This document shows, piece by piece, positions 19,816-28,693 of a stretch of 60,359 nucleotides of DNA. Made by a program: the position numbers and the translations under genes. Position 1 is the first letter of the stretch, and every line of letters begins with the position of its first letter. The notes below the pieces were generated by a model. That model ran no database searches, was not told the origin of the DNA, and saw nothing but the letters and a program-made list of their open reading frames with translations. This DNA is from Chloroflexota bacterium (GTDB lineage: Bacteria; Chloroflexota; Limnocylindria; Limnocylindrales; CSP1-4), in contig PLLE01000012.1 in assembly GCA_003141245.1 (NCBI GenBank), positions 1,259 through 61,617 of the forward strand, in the 5' to 3' direction.

Positions 19816-20262
19816 CTAGAAACGGTGGCGAGCCTCCCAGAGCTCGAAGACGCCGCGGGCGAAGACGATCAGGCCGACTGCGGCAAGCCAGAAGCCGGGA
19901 CCGCGGAGCGGCTGGATCGGCGGCGTCTGACCCGTATACAACAGCAGCCCTTGCTGCAGCATCGATACGATCCGCGCGCAGTAGGCGAGGAACGCCACGG
20001 CGAGCAGCAGCACGTACGAAATAGGCCTATCGATCGCGATCGGCGCTTCGGCAGCATATGGCAGCGAGATCAACAGCAGCGTCGCCACGGCCGCCAGAAA
20101 CAGCAGGAAGCCGAAGCCGTCGGAGATGCCGACGTCGCTCTGGGCGCTGAGCTCGCCCGGCCCGCCCCCGAGCCGCCACCATTGCAGCACGCTCGCCCCG
20201 AGGAGGATGACGGCGCCGACGGTGACGACCCATCGACCCCGTTGAATGGGACTGTTGTTCAT
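19816..20262 (-). CDS. Hypothetical integral membrane protein (~4 TM)
   Basis: Four hydrophobic segments; ATG 20262 just downstream of the hpt stop. Confidence 0.7.
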   Translation of the reverse strand: MNNSPIQRGRWVVTVGAVILLGASVLQWWRLGGGPGELSAQSDVGISDGFGFLLFLAAVATLLLISLPYAAEAPIAIDRPISYVLLLAVAFLAYCARIVSMLQQGLLLYTGQTPPIQPLRGPGFWLAAVGLIVFARGVFELWEARHRF

Positions 20263-20272
20263 CGACGACCCC

Positions 20273-20833
20273 TTAGGACTCGTAGGCCTCGGGGCGAAGG
20301 ACGCCCACGAAGCGAAGGTTTCGATACACCTCGCCGAAGTCGAGACCGTAGCCGACGACGAAGGCGTCGGGGATCTCGAACCCGACATAGTCGATCGGAA
20401 TCTCCACCAGCCTGCGGGCTGGCTTGTCGAGCAGCGAACACACCTTGATCGACCGCGGATTCTTGCCACGAAGGTAGCGAAGCAGGTAGTTGAGCGTCAG
20501 GCCCGTGTCGATGATGTCCTCGACAAGGAGAACATCTCGGCCGTCGATCGGCGCGCTCAGGTCCTTGAGGATTCGAACCAGCCCGGAAGACTCCGTGGCC
20601 GTCCCGCCGTAGCTCGAGACCTCCATGAGGTCGATCCGGAGCGGAAGATCGATCTGCCTCATGAGATCGGCCATGAACGGAAGCGAGCCCTTCAGGACGC
20701 TGACGAGCGTCAACTCGCGGCCGGCATAGTCGGCACTGATCCGCTTTCCCAGTTCGGTCACCTTGACTCGAATCTGGTCCTCGGACAGCAGTACCTCGGC
20801 GACGTCCTCGTTCAGGTCCTGAGAGTGCTTCAT
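20273..20833 (-). CDS. hpt: Hypoxanthine phosphoribosyltransferase
   Basis: VLKGSLPFMADL, VSSYG, VLLVEDIIDTGLTL PRPP motif, FVVGYGLD, YRNL. Confidence 0.95.
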   Translation of the reverse strand: MKHSQDLNEDVAEVLLSEDQIRVKVTELGKRISADYAGRELTLVSVLKGSLPFMADLMRQIDLPLRIDLMEVSSYGGTATESSGLVRILKDLSAPIDGRDVLLVEDIIDTGLTLNYLLRYLRGKNPRSIKVCSLLDKPARRLVEIPIDYVGFEIPDAFVVGYGLDFGEVYRNLRFVGVLRPEAYES

Positions 20834-20847
20834 CGCTACCTCTTACA

Positions 20848-21441
20848 TCACGTGACGGGCGAGTTGGGAGCGTGCGCGGCCGCGGCCCGGCGCACAGCGC
20901 GGCGGCGCGCCCCACGAGAGCGGCCTTCGTGCGAGGCGCCCTGGTAGATCGCCGCGCCGGAAGGATTGGACGAGAGATCGAGCGGCCGAGCCGCCGGCTT
21001 GCGTTCCCCGACCGAGATCGCATCTCCTTCCGGCTCGGGGTTCTGGCGCGGGCCCACCTGTCCGAGGGTACCGCTCAGCTCGGAAACGAGCGCCGACCGT
21101 CCGTACTTGAGCATCAGCGCCCGGAAGTCGCGGGCGTAGAAGAGCTTGATCTTGAGGCCGGGATAGAGCTCGCGCAGACGGCGGACCTTGCGGTTCTTCT
21201 TGCGAACGAGCCGCTGCTGGAGGGTTGTCAGTTCGACGAAGAGCTCGAGATCCGGCAGGAAGAAGTCCGGGGCGAAGCTCTCCAGAACGTTCCCGTCCAG
21301 GTCCCACAGGATCGGGAAGACCTGCGGTTCGTACTCGAAGGCGACCTGGTAGAAGTCGAGGATGCGCGCGAATTCGGCCTCGCTGGCGTGGGCGAAGGCG
21401 TATTCGGGCCTGGCGCCGCGCTGCGCGCCGACCTCGCTCAT
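20848..21441 (-). CDS. Hypothetical protein with PD-(D/E)XK-like (endonuclease-fold) signature
   Basis: SEAEFARILD...FEYEP...FAPDFFLP...FVELTT; overlaps the upstream stop. Confidence 0.65.
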   Translation of the reverse strand: MSEVGAQRGARPEYAFAHASEAEFARILDFYQVAFEYEPQVFPILWDLDGNVLESFAPDFFLPDLELFVELTTLQQRLVRKKNRKVRRLRELYPGLKIKLFYARDFRALMLKYGRSALVSELSGTLGQVGPRQNPEPEGDAISVGERKPAARPLDLSSNPSGAAIYQGASHEGRSRGARRRAVRRAAAAHAPNSPVT

Positions 21442-21827
21442 TCGGCCCGGTCCGTCTCATCGTCCGGCTGGGTCCTCAGCAGGCCGTGAATGTCGCCCTC
21501 GAACTCGGCCAGGAAGGCATGCATATCCAGGACGTCCGCCTCGCCGATCGGGCGGCCGGCGCGGTGGGACGCTCCGAGGTCGTCGCGGTCGGCCGCAAGG
21601 AGGTCGCCCGGGACTCCCTCTCCGGGCATGCCCGAGTCTTCCTCGGCAGTGGGCGCACCCGTCACCAGCGCCAGCGTCTTCGACTGACAGGCGAAGCAGA
21701 CGAGCTGGACGAAGGCGATTCCCTCGCGTTGCGCAAGCATGCTGATGCCGTGGGCGGCATACGGTTGACCGCACCGCGTGCAGCCGGCACCCAGCAGAGC
21801 CATGCGCAGTCGCTCTTGCGGATCCAC
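21438..21827 (-). CDS. Hypothetical zinc-ribbon protein
   Basis: CTRC...CFAC; TAGACT 6 nt upstream of GTG. Confidence 0.65.
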   Translation of the reverse strand: MDPQERLRMALLGAGCTRCGQPYAAHGISMLAQREGIAFVQLVCFACQSKTLALVTGAPTAEEDSGMPGEGVPGDLLAADRDDLGASHRAGRPIGEADVLDMHAFLAEFEGDIHGLLRTQPDDETDRAE

Positions 21828-21904
21828 CTCGCAAGTCTAGCGGAGCGGCGCTCTCGAGGCCGCACTCGGAGCGGCTTCGGGTGAGATGCGAACCGGCCAC
21901 AGCA

Positions 21905-21933
21905 TTGCCTCACATACTCCCCGGGAGTATGAT
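21905..21933 (+). promoter_or_regulatory. Sigma70 promoter with CsoR/RcnR-type operator in the spacer
   Basis: TTGCCT (21905-10), 17 nt, TATGAT (21928-33). Palindrome CATACTCCC-C-GGGAGTATG (21913-31) has the TAC-(C/G tract)-GTA form of CsoR/RcnR operators. Confidence 0.8.
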
Positions 21934-21952
21934 CATCGGCCTGGAGGTCCAG

Positions 21953-22414
21953 TTGGCGATAGACGACACCGACAAGTCGGGCGGATCGCGCCCGGCGCAG
22001 CGTACCGAGAGGAACGGACCCGGAATCGATGGTCCGGCCCGCGCGGTTGGAGTGGTCCGCCCTGCCCCAGAGATCGCGCTCGAGCCGGTGGACGATTCGG
22101 GCGAGCTCGATGGGACCTTCCGCCACGCCTACTCGCGCGACCAGGCGACGCTGATCCGGCGGCTTCGCCGGATCGAGGGCCAGGTGCGCGGCATCGAGCG
22201 GATGATCGAGCGCCGCGAATACTGCGTCGACATCCTCCAGCAAACGGCTGCCCTCAGGGCCGCGATCGACTCCGTCGCGCTGCTCATCCTCGAGGACCAC
22301 GTCCAGGGCTGCGTCAGGACCGCCGCCGAGCAGGGCGACGCCGATCGCTACATCGAGGAGGTGCTCGATGTCGTCCGCCGGACGCTCGGCAAGCCCGTCC
22401 GACCCCGCGTCTGA
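21953..22414 (+). CDS. csoR: CsoR/RcnR-family metal-sensing transcriptional repressor
   Basis: RRLRRIEGQVRGIERM, YCVDILQQ, EDHVQGC (Cys-His-Cys fingerprint); GGAGG before TTG 21953. Confidence 0.85.
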   Translation: MAIDDTDKSGGSRPAQRTERNGPGIDGPARAVGVVRPAPEIALEPVDDSGELDGTFRHAYSRDQATLIRRLRRIEGQVRGIERMIERREYCVDILQQTAALRAAIDSVALLILEDHVQGCVRTAAEQGDADRYIEEVLDVVRRTLGKPVRPRV

Positions 22415-22469
22415 TAGGCACCGGGCCGTTCTCTCCACTTCTTCCACCGCGTCGATGCGCCTGAGCCAC

Positions 22470-22510
22470 TTATCCACGATCGTGGATGAATGGCTTCGTT
22501 TCGTGGATAA
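22470..22510. promoter_or_regulatory. Cluster of DnaA-box-like 9-mers / inverted repeat
   Basis: TTATCCACG (22470-78, +), TCATCCACG (22481-89, -), TTATCCACG (22502-10, -) versus consensus TTATCCACA. Confidence 0.4.
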
Positions 22511-22575
22511 CGACGTTGACTCCGCCTCGGGCCCGGCCTACTGTCCGACATCCGCACCGCTGCTGCGGCCCGTCA

Positions 22576-23514
22576 ATGGGTAACCGCGTTCGCGAGGGGT
22601 CTGGGGAAACCCGACCGACGACCGGACTGGCGCGGGAAGACCTGGGGACGCCGGGTGCGAGAAGAGTCGACGTCGGGAGCGGCGCGGCCCAGAGAGACGG
22701 GGAGATTGAGACGGCCCCGCCTCCGGTCCGCGATCCGCTCCCGACGCGCGTTTCGGGGCTTCCGCCACTCCCCGAGGAGTACGGCGAGGTGCTGCGCGCC
22801 GGCCTGCCCGCTATCACGGGGCCGGGCCTGACGCCGGAGGCGCGGGCCGCGATCGACGACCACGTCCGGCTGCTACTGGCCTGGAACGTGGCCGTCAACC
22901 TGAGCGGCATCCGAGCGCCGGAGAAGATCGCCCGAGAGCATGTTCTCGACAGCCTGACTGCCCTGCCTCTACTGCGTCGGGCCGGCGTGACCGAGTTCCT
23001 CGACCTCGGGAGCGGGAGCGGATACCCGGGCCTGCCGCTGGCCGTAGCCCTGCCGGCCGAGCGAGCCCTGCTCGTCGAGTCGATCGGCAAGAAGGCCCGT
23101 TTCCTGGAGGCGGCGGTCGCCGCCCTCGGAGTGGCGGACCGGGTCGGCGTGGCCGCGACCCGGGCGGAGAGCCTCGCGGCCGATCCACGCCACCGGGGCC
23201 GCTGGCAGGCGGCGGTCTCCCGCGCCGTGGCCGACCTGACGGAGCTGGCCGAGCTGGCTCTGCCGCTGCTGGCCACCGGCGGGCTGCTCGTGGCCTGGAA
23301 GCGGCGGCCGCTGGACGACGAGTTGAGCCGCGCCGAGGGCGCGGTATGGTGTCTCGGCGGCCGCGTGGCGGCGTGCGAGGCGGTGACGGTACCGGGGTTG
23401 GAGGACCACGTTCTGGTGGTCGTCGAGAAGGTCGCGCCTACCCCGCCGGAGTTCCCGCGCGACCCGGCCGCCCGCCGGCGCCGGCCGCTGTGGTCGGGGG
23501 AGTGGCGATGCTAG
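22576..23514 (+). CDS. rsmG: 16S rRNA m7G527 methyltransferase RsmG (start uncertain)
   Basis: WNVAVNLSGI, HVLDSL, LDLGSGSGYPGLPLA, VESIGKKARFL, RAE, SRAVA, TPPEFPR. Confidence 0.9.
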   Translation: MGNRVREGSGETRPTTGLAREDLGTPGARRVDVGSGAAQRDGEIETAPPPVRDPLPTRVSGLPPLPEEYGEVLRAGLPAITGPGLTPEARAAIDDHVRLLLAWNVAVNLSGIRAPEKIAREHVLDSLTALPLLRRAGVTEFLDLGSGSGYPGLPLAVALPAERALLVESIGKKARFLEAAVAALGVADRVGVAATRAESLAADPRHRGRWQAAVSRAVADLTELAELALPLLATGGLLVAWKRRPLDDELSRAEGAVWCLGGRVAACEAVTVPGLEDHVLVVVEKVAPTPPEFPRDPAARRRRPLWSGEWRC

Positions 23515-24236
23515 TAGCGGTTCTCTCGGACATCCACTCCAATCTGCGGGCGCTGGAGGCGGTGCTCGTTTCGATAGGTTCCGTGGACGCGATCTGGCAG
23601 CTCGGCGACGTCGTCGGCTACGGGCCGGATCCCGAGGCGGTGGTGCAGCGTTTGCGCGAGGCCGGCGCGATCGGGGTCAGGGGCAACCACGACGCAGCGG
23701 CGGTCGGCGACCTCTCCACCGAGGACTTCAACGCCGACGCCCGCGTCGCGGTGGAGTGGACGCGCACGCACCTGAGCGAAGAGACGCGCGCCTACCTGGC
23801 GGCCCTGCCGGAGGTGCTCGTCCCCGACGGCTTCGACTTCACCCTCGCCCACGGCAGCCCGCGCGATCCCATCTGGGAGTACCTCACCGACACACGCGCG
23901 GCCCGCGAGAACCTCTCCGCCTTCGCGACGTCCCGCTGCCTCGTGGGACACACCCACGTCCCGCTGATCCTGCGGCAGAAGGGCATCCACATGGAGGGCC
24001 TGGACGTGGACGCAGAGGACCGCCTCCAGCTCGACGAGCGGCGCGCGATCCTCAACCCCGGCAGCGTCGGCCAGCCCCGAGACCGGGATCCCAGGGCGAG
24101 CTACCTGCTCGTCGACACGGCCGCCGGGCACGCCACGTGGCAGCGGGTCCGCTACGACGTCGAGGCCACGCAGGAGGCGATGCTGGTGGCGGGACTGCCT
24201 CCGCGACTGGCCAGACGGCTCAGCTTCGGAGTCTGA
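23508..24236 (+). CDS. Calcineurin-like metallophosphoesterase
   Basis: SDIHSN, LGDVVGYG, GNHD, HGSP, GHTH, NPGSVGQPRD. Confidence 0.9.
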   Translation: MLVAVLSDIHSNLRALEAVLVSIGSVDAIWQLGDVVGYGPDPEAVVQRLREAGAIGVRGNHDAAAVGDLSTEDFNADARVAVEWTRTHLSEETRAYLAALPEVLVPDGFDFTLAHGSPRDPIWEYLTDTRAARENLSAFATSRCLVGHTHVPLILRQKGIHMEGLDVDAEDRLQLDERRAILNPGSVGQPRDRDPRASYLLVDTAAGHATWQRVRYDVEATQEAMLVAGLPPRLARRLSFGV

Positions 24237-24292
24237 CCGCGCTCTGAATGGCCGATGTACGGCATGCACGGGAACCGCGAGGTGGGGCGTCG

Positions 24293-24301
24293 TGCTAGCC
24301 T
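24293..24301 (+). promoter_or_regulatory. Extended -10 promoter candidate for the permease operon
   Basis: TG-C-TAGCCT, the same hexamer class as other promoters in the window. Confidence 0.4.
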
Positions 24302-24445
24302 TGCCCGGTTCGGCGACGCGCTGCGCTCGCTCGCCGGGCCGGGCGCTCAACGGGGGTAGCCGAGGCGGACCCGGCGCGAGGCCGGCGCGAGGCCGGGTTG
24401 GGCACCACAGCGCAGCAGGGCCCTCATCAGAGGAATCGCCGGTCG

Positions 24446-26527
24446 ATGACCGCTCCTAACTCACCGCTCCGGGGCCGCAAGCTAGGCGACCGGCGCGTGG
24501 TGGTCGATCGGCCGCACTCAGCCTACTTTCGGTACGCCGGCCCTGGCGTGATGATCGCGAAGGCCGCCGCGAGCGCACCCACGACCGCCCAGGGCCGGCG
24601 CCTGGCTCGCGTTCGAGCCTTCGTTTTCGGCAAGCCCCTTTCGAGCGCTCAGGAGATCGAGGAGAGACTCTCCAAGAAGCTGGCCCTGCCGATCTTCAGC
24701 TCGGACGCGATCTCGTCCTCCGCCTACGCGACCGACGAGATCCTGCGGGTGCTCGTGCTGGCCGGCCTGGCCTGGATGACCTGGTCCATCTGGGTCGCGG
24801 CCGCGATCGCCCTGATGCTGACGATCGTGGCCTTCAGCTACCGGCAGGTTTGCCGCGGCTACCCGTCGGGAGGCGGCGCGTACGTAGTCGCCCGAGAGAA
24901 CCTCGGGCCCAACTTTGGTCTGATCGCCGCCGCGGCGCTGATGGTCGACTACGTCATGACCGTCGCCGTCTCGAGCGCCTCGGCTCTCGCCAACCTGGCG
25001 ACGGCCTTCACCGTGATCCAGCCCTACAAGGTCGAACTGGGTGCGCTGGTCATCATCCTGGTGACGGCGGCCAACCTCCGGGGCATCCGGGAGTCGGGCA
25101 ACATCTTCGCCATTCCCACGTACCTCTTCGTGGGCATGGCTCTGCTCGCCATCGGCGTCGGCCTGATGAACACGGCCACCGGCGCCGCACACCACCTCGA
25201 TGCGCCGCTACTCGCCGAGACGCCTGGCGTGCAGGCATTCACGATGTTGCTGCTCCTCAAGGCATTCGCCGGCGGGTCCGTCGCGCTCACCGGTGTCGAG
25301 GCAATAGCCAACGGCGTGCCCGCATTCAAGCCACCCGAGGCCAAGAACGCCGCCAATACGCTGATCATCATGGCCGTCTTGCTCGGCGTCATATTCATCG
25401 GGCTGACGTTCGTCGGCCTTCAGTACGGTGTCGAGGCCACCAAGCCCGGGGGCCCGACCGTGCTGGGCCAGGTAGGCCACGCCGTCTTCGGCGGAGGCTT
25501 CCTGTTCATCCTGTTGCAGATAAGCGCCGCCCTGATCCTCTTCCTGGCCTGCAACACGAGCTTCAACGCCTTCCCGCGCCTGGCCGCGATTCTGGCCAAG
25601 GACGACTGTATGCCGCGCCAGTTCGCCTTCCGGGGCGACCGGCTGGCCTTCTCCTGGGGCATCGTCATCCTGGCGGCGGTCTCCATCGCGATGCTCTGGG
25701 CCTTTGATGCGTCGGTCGACGCCTTGATCCCGCTCTACTCGGTCGGCGTCTTCATCTGCTTCACGCTGTCGCAGGCCGGCATGGTCGTCCACTGGCGTAA
25801 GGAGCGAAGCTCCGGGTGGGCCTGGCGGAGCCTGGTGAACGGTTTTGGCGCGATCCTGACCGGCGTCGTATTCCTGGTCGTGGCCTACGAGAAGTTCGAC
25901 GCCGGGGCCAAGTTGGTCCTGGTCTTCATCCCGTTCCTGATCGCCATGATGATGTTCATCCGCCACCAGTACGCCGCCTCGGCCCGGCAGCTGGAGATGA
26001 AGCCGGGTGCCGCAGTCCCGCAGCCCCACCGCCACAACCGTGTGGTGATCCCGATCTCGGGCGTCAACCGCGCCGTCGTCCAGGCGCTCAACGTGGCCCG
26101 CTCCATTACCACGGACATCCGGGCGGTCTACGTCTCGGACGACCCCGCCCGCAGCGATGCCGTTCGCGAGCAGTGGACGCAGACGGTTCCAGACGTGCCG
26201 CTGGTTCTGGTGGAGTCGCCCTACCGCGCCCTGATCGCCCCGGTGGTGGCCTATCTGGACGTGCTCGGCCGCTCCTGGCCCGACGAGCGAGAGAAGCCGA
26301 TCACCTTCGTTCTGATCCCCGAGTACGTCGCCCGGCACTGGTGGGAGCGGATGCTCTACAACCAGGCCGCCAAGCAGCTTCGGGCGGCCCTGCTGGGCCG
26401 ACCGCACACGGTCGTGATCAACGTCCCGTACCGGCGCGACGAGGCCCGGGCGCAGGCCGCCGCGCAGGCGTCGCAGCCGGCCGGTACGCTCGTGGCCGCG
26501 GACAACGGCCGGCCCCCTGAACCCTAG
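24446..26527 (+). CDS. APC-superfamily permease, KimA/YdaO-like (probable K+/H+ symporter)
   Basis: ALPIFSSDAISSSAYATDE, YPSGGGAY, LTGVEAIANGVPAFK, LIPLYSVGVF; C-terminal soluble domain with ESPYR and LYNQ; upstream of trkA genes. Confidence 0.85.
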   Translation: MTAPNSPLRGRKLGDRRVVVDRPHSAYFRYAGPGVMIAKAAASAPTTAQGRRLARVRAFVFGKPLSSAQEIEERLSKKLALPIFSSDAISSSAYATDEILRVLVLAGLAWMTWSIWVAAAIALMLTIVAFSYRQVCRGYPSGGGAYVVARENLGPNFGLIAAAALMVDYVMTVAVSSASALANLATAFTVIQPYKVELGALVIILVTAANLRGIRESGNIFAIPTYLFVGMALLAIGVGLMNTATGAAHHLDAPLLAETPGVQAFTMLLLLKAFAGGSVALTGVEAIANGVPAFKPPEAKNAANTLIIMAVLLGVIFIGLTFVGLQYGVEATKPGGPTVLGQVGHAVFGGGFLFILLQISAALILFLACNTSFNAFPRLAAILAKDDCMPRQFAFRGDRLAFSWGIVILAAVSIAMLWAFDASVDALIPLYSVGVFICFTLSQAGMVVHWRKERSSGWAWRSLVNGFGAILTGVVFLVVAYEKFDAGAKLVLVFIPFLIAMMMFIRHQYAASARQLEMKPGAAVPQPHRHNRVVIPISGVNRAVVQALNVARSITTDIRAVYVSDDPARSDAVREQWTQTVPDVPLVLVESPYRALIAPVVAYLDVLGRSWPDEREKPITFVLIPEYVARHWWERMLYNQAAKQLRAALLGRPHTVVINVPYRRDEARAQAAAQASQPAGTLVAADNGRPPEP

Positions 26528-26728
26528 GCCGCCGGACGCGGTTGAACGCAGCGCGGTCGAGGCGTCGGGCCGAACGGCAGGGCCGCTACGCCGACCGGCC
26601 GAGAGCTGAGGCTTCCGAGAGCGGCCTCCATGCTGACCTTCGGCCCCTGCGTGCTGGGCGGGCGGTGGTATCGTTCCGGGGCAGATGTGGCCCAACCGCC
26701 ACCACGTGAGACCAAGATCGGAGGCCAG

Positions 26729-27187
26729 GTGCCCGAGGCGAATGCTGCCGTCTTCCGGCGCGCCGTCCTTGCGCTCAGCGGCGGACCAACCGACGAGATG
26801 ATCGTCCGGCTCGCCTGCGAGCTGGCCCGTCCCACTCATGCCGAGCTGATCGCCGTCCACGTGGTCGAGCTCGACTGGACGAAGCCGCTGGACGCCGACG
26901 TCGCAGAACGGTCGGAAGAGGCGCAGCGCGTCCTCGACGCGGCCGAGGGAATCGCGGACCTGGTCCACGGCAAGATAGAGGCGGTGCTCGTCCAGGCCCG
27001 CGACCTGGGGGCGGCGATCGTCGATGAGGCGGCCGCGCGCGACGCCGACCTGCTCATCCTCGGTCTCCCCTACAAGACCCGCTTCGGCGGCGACTTCGCC
27101 GTCGGCCGGGCAGTCCCGTACGCATTCAAGAACGCCCCCTGCGCGGTGTGGGTGGTGCGTGAGCCGATGGGCGAGGAGTCTCGATGA
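26729..27187 (+). CDS. Universal stress protein
   Basis: RRAVLALSG, AELIAVHVVE, AIVDEAAARDADLLILG, KNAPCAVWVVR; GGAGG before GTG 26729. Confidence 0.8.
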   Translation: MPEANAAVFRRAVLALSGGPTDEMIVRLACELARPTHAELIAVHVVELDWTKPLDADVAERSEEAQRVLDAAEGIADLVHGKIEAVLVQARDLGAAIVDEAAARDADLLILGLPYKTRFGGDFAVGRAVPYAFKNAPCAVWVVREPMGEESR

Positions 27188-27855
27188 AGATCGTGATCGT
27201 GGGCTGCGGCCGCGTCGGTTCGACACTGGCCGAGAACCTCGACGCGGACGGCCACGACGTGATCATCTTCGACATCCGGACGGTCGCATTCGAGCGGCTG
27301 CCCGAGACGTTCAAGGGCACGACGATCCGCGGCGATGGGACCGACGAAGAGGTCCTCCGGAAGGCCGGAGCGCACGGGGCCGACATCTTCCTGTCGCTCA
27401 CCGAGGGCGACAACCGCAATGTCATGGCCGCCCAGGTTGCTACCGAATCGCTGGCCATCCCGCAGGTGCTCGCCAAGATCAACGACCCGGTCCGCGCCGC
27501 GGCCTACGCCGAGCTTGGCGTGGCGACCCTGTGCCGGACGAACCTGATGGTCGATGCTGTGGCGCAGTTCCTGAAGCTGCCGATGTCCATCGGTCCTGGC
27601 ATCGACATCCCCGAAACCCCGGGGCGCGAACATCCGCATCCCAGGGCGGGCGGTCTGCCCGTGGGGGGGGAGCAATCGAAGATCGACGCGGCACCGACTT
27701 CCGCCCCGGCAAACCCCGCCGGGACTCGCGGCGCGGCCGGCGGTTCGACCGGTCACATCGCCGCTGGAACCGAGGCCAAGGCTGGAACCGAGGCCAAGGC
27801 CGGAACCGAGGCCGTCAAGGCTCAACGCCTCGGCTTCCGCCGGTGGCGCGGCTGA
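27184..27855 (+). CDS. trkA: TrkA-family RCK_N protein with low-complexity tail
   Basis: MKIVIVGCGRVG, GDGTD, EGDNRN; no recognisable RCK_C domain. Confidence 0.8.
   Translation: MKIVIVGCGRVGSTLAENLDADGHDVIIFDIRTVAFERLPETFKGTTIRGDGTDEEVLRKAGAHGADIFLSLTEGDNRNVMAAQVATESLAIPQVLAKINDPVRAAAYAELGVATLCRTNLMVDAVAQFLKLPMSIGPGIDIPETPGREHPHPRAGGLPVGGEQSKIDAAPTSAPANPAGTRGAAGGSTGHIAAGTEAKAGTEAKAGTEAVKAQRLGFRRWRG
27763..27813 (+). repeat. 18-bp tandem repeat x2.8 (AGTEAK)
   Basis: gctggaaccgaggccaag x2 plus gccggaaccgaggcc. Confidence 0.9.
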
Positions 27856-27874
27856 GCGCGGGTAGGAGGTCGAC

Positions 27875-28552
27875 GTGTTCGTCATCGTCGTAGGCGGCGG
27901 CAAGGTCGGGTACTTCCTGGCCCGTGAGCTCATTCAGTCGGGCCACGAGGTCGCCCTCATGGAGCGCGACCGCGTCCACGCCGCTCAGATCACGGAAGCG
28001 ATCGGCTCGATCGTCATTGCGCACGACGGGTGCGAGGGGAAGTATCTCGGCCAGGCCGGGGCCAACCGGGCCGACATCGTAGCCGCGGTCACTGGCGACG
28101 ACGAGGACAACCTCGTCATCTGCCAGATGGCAAAGCATCACTTCGATGTGCCGCGGACGATCGCCCGGGTCAACAACCCGAAGAACGAAGGCCTGTTCAA
28201 GCACCTCGGCGTCGACGAGATCGTCTCGCCGACGCGCATGATCCTGGGCTCGATCGAGGCCGACATCCCCGTCCATGAGCTGCTCCACCTCGCCGTCCTC
28301 GGCGGCGGTGAGCTGGAGCTGGTCGAGGCTCAGCTACGGTCGGGCTCGCCCGCCGTGGGCCGTCCGGCCGGGAGCCTGGAGCTTCCCGAAGGTTGCTCGA
28401 TCTTCGCCGTGATCCGCGAAGAGCGGGCATTGTCGGTGCGCCCCGACACGGAGCTTCGCGTGGGCGACAAGGTCATCGGCATCTGCCGCACGGAGTGCGA
28501 AGGCGAGCTGCATCGGCTCCTCATGGGCGAGGAGACCGACGTTTCGGCCTAG
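27875..28552 (+). CDS. trkA: TrkA-family potassium uptake regulatory protein (RCK_N + RCK_C)
   Basis: IVVGGGKVG, TGDDEDNL, ARVNNPKN; C-terminal SPAVGR...PDTELRVGDKV; GGAGG SD. Confidence 0.9.
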   Translation: MFVIVVGGGKVGYFLARELIQSGHEVALMERDRVHAAQITEAIGSIVIAHDGCEGKYLGQAGANRADIVAAVTGDDEDNLVICQMAKHHFDVPRTIARVNNPKNEGLFKHLGVDEIVSPTRMILGSIEADIPVHELLHLAVLGGGELELVEAQLRSGSPAVGRPAGSLELPEGCSIFAVIREERALSVRPDTELRVGDKVIGICRTECEGELHRLLMGEETDVSA

Positions 28553-28693
28553 CCGAGCGGTTCGGGGTCAGGCCGGATCGTCGCCTGCGCGCACCCGGAT
28601 CGGGTAACCCGTTGGGAGCCGGCTGGAGATCGAAGAACGGACGGGGCAGCGCAATCCGATGGCCGACGGCTAGGAATCCGGTGGCCCCGGCCG

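Noticed and set aside
22472-22487. parS site
   Set aside because: A 16-bp palindrome, but it does not match the TGTTTCACGTGAAACA consensus.
24245-24445. c-di-AMP (ydaO) riboswitch upstream of the KimA-like gene
   Set aside because: CTGAAT...GTACGG...GGAACCGC...TGGGG recalls the 5' half. The conserved 3' CCCG.CAGCTAAC element is absent, and the likely -10 (24296) lies downstream of these motifs. A cmscan hit would overturn this.
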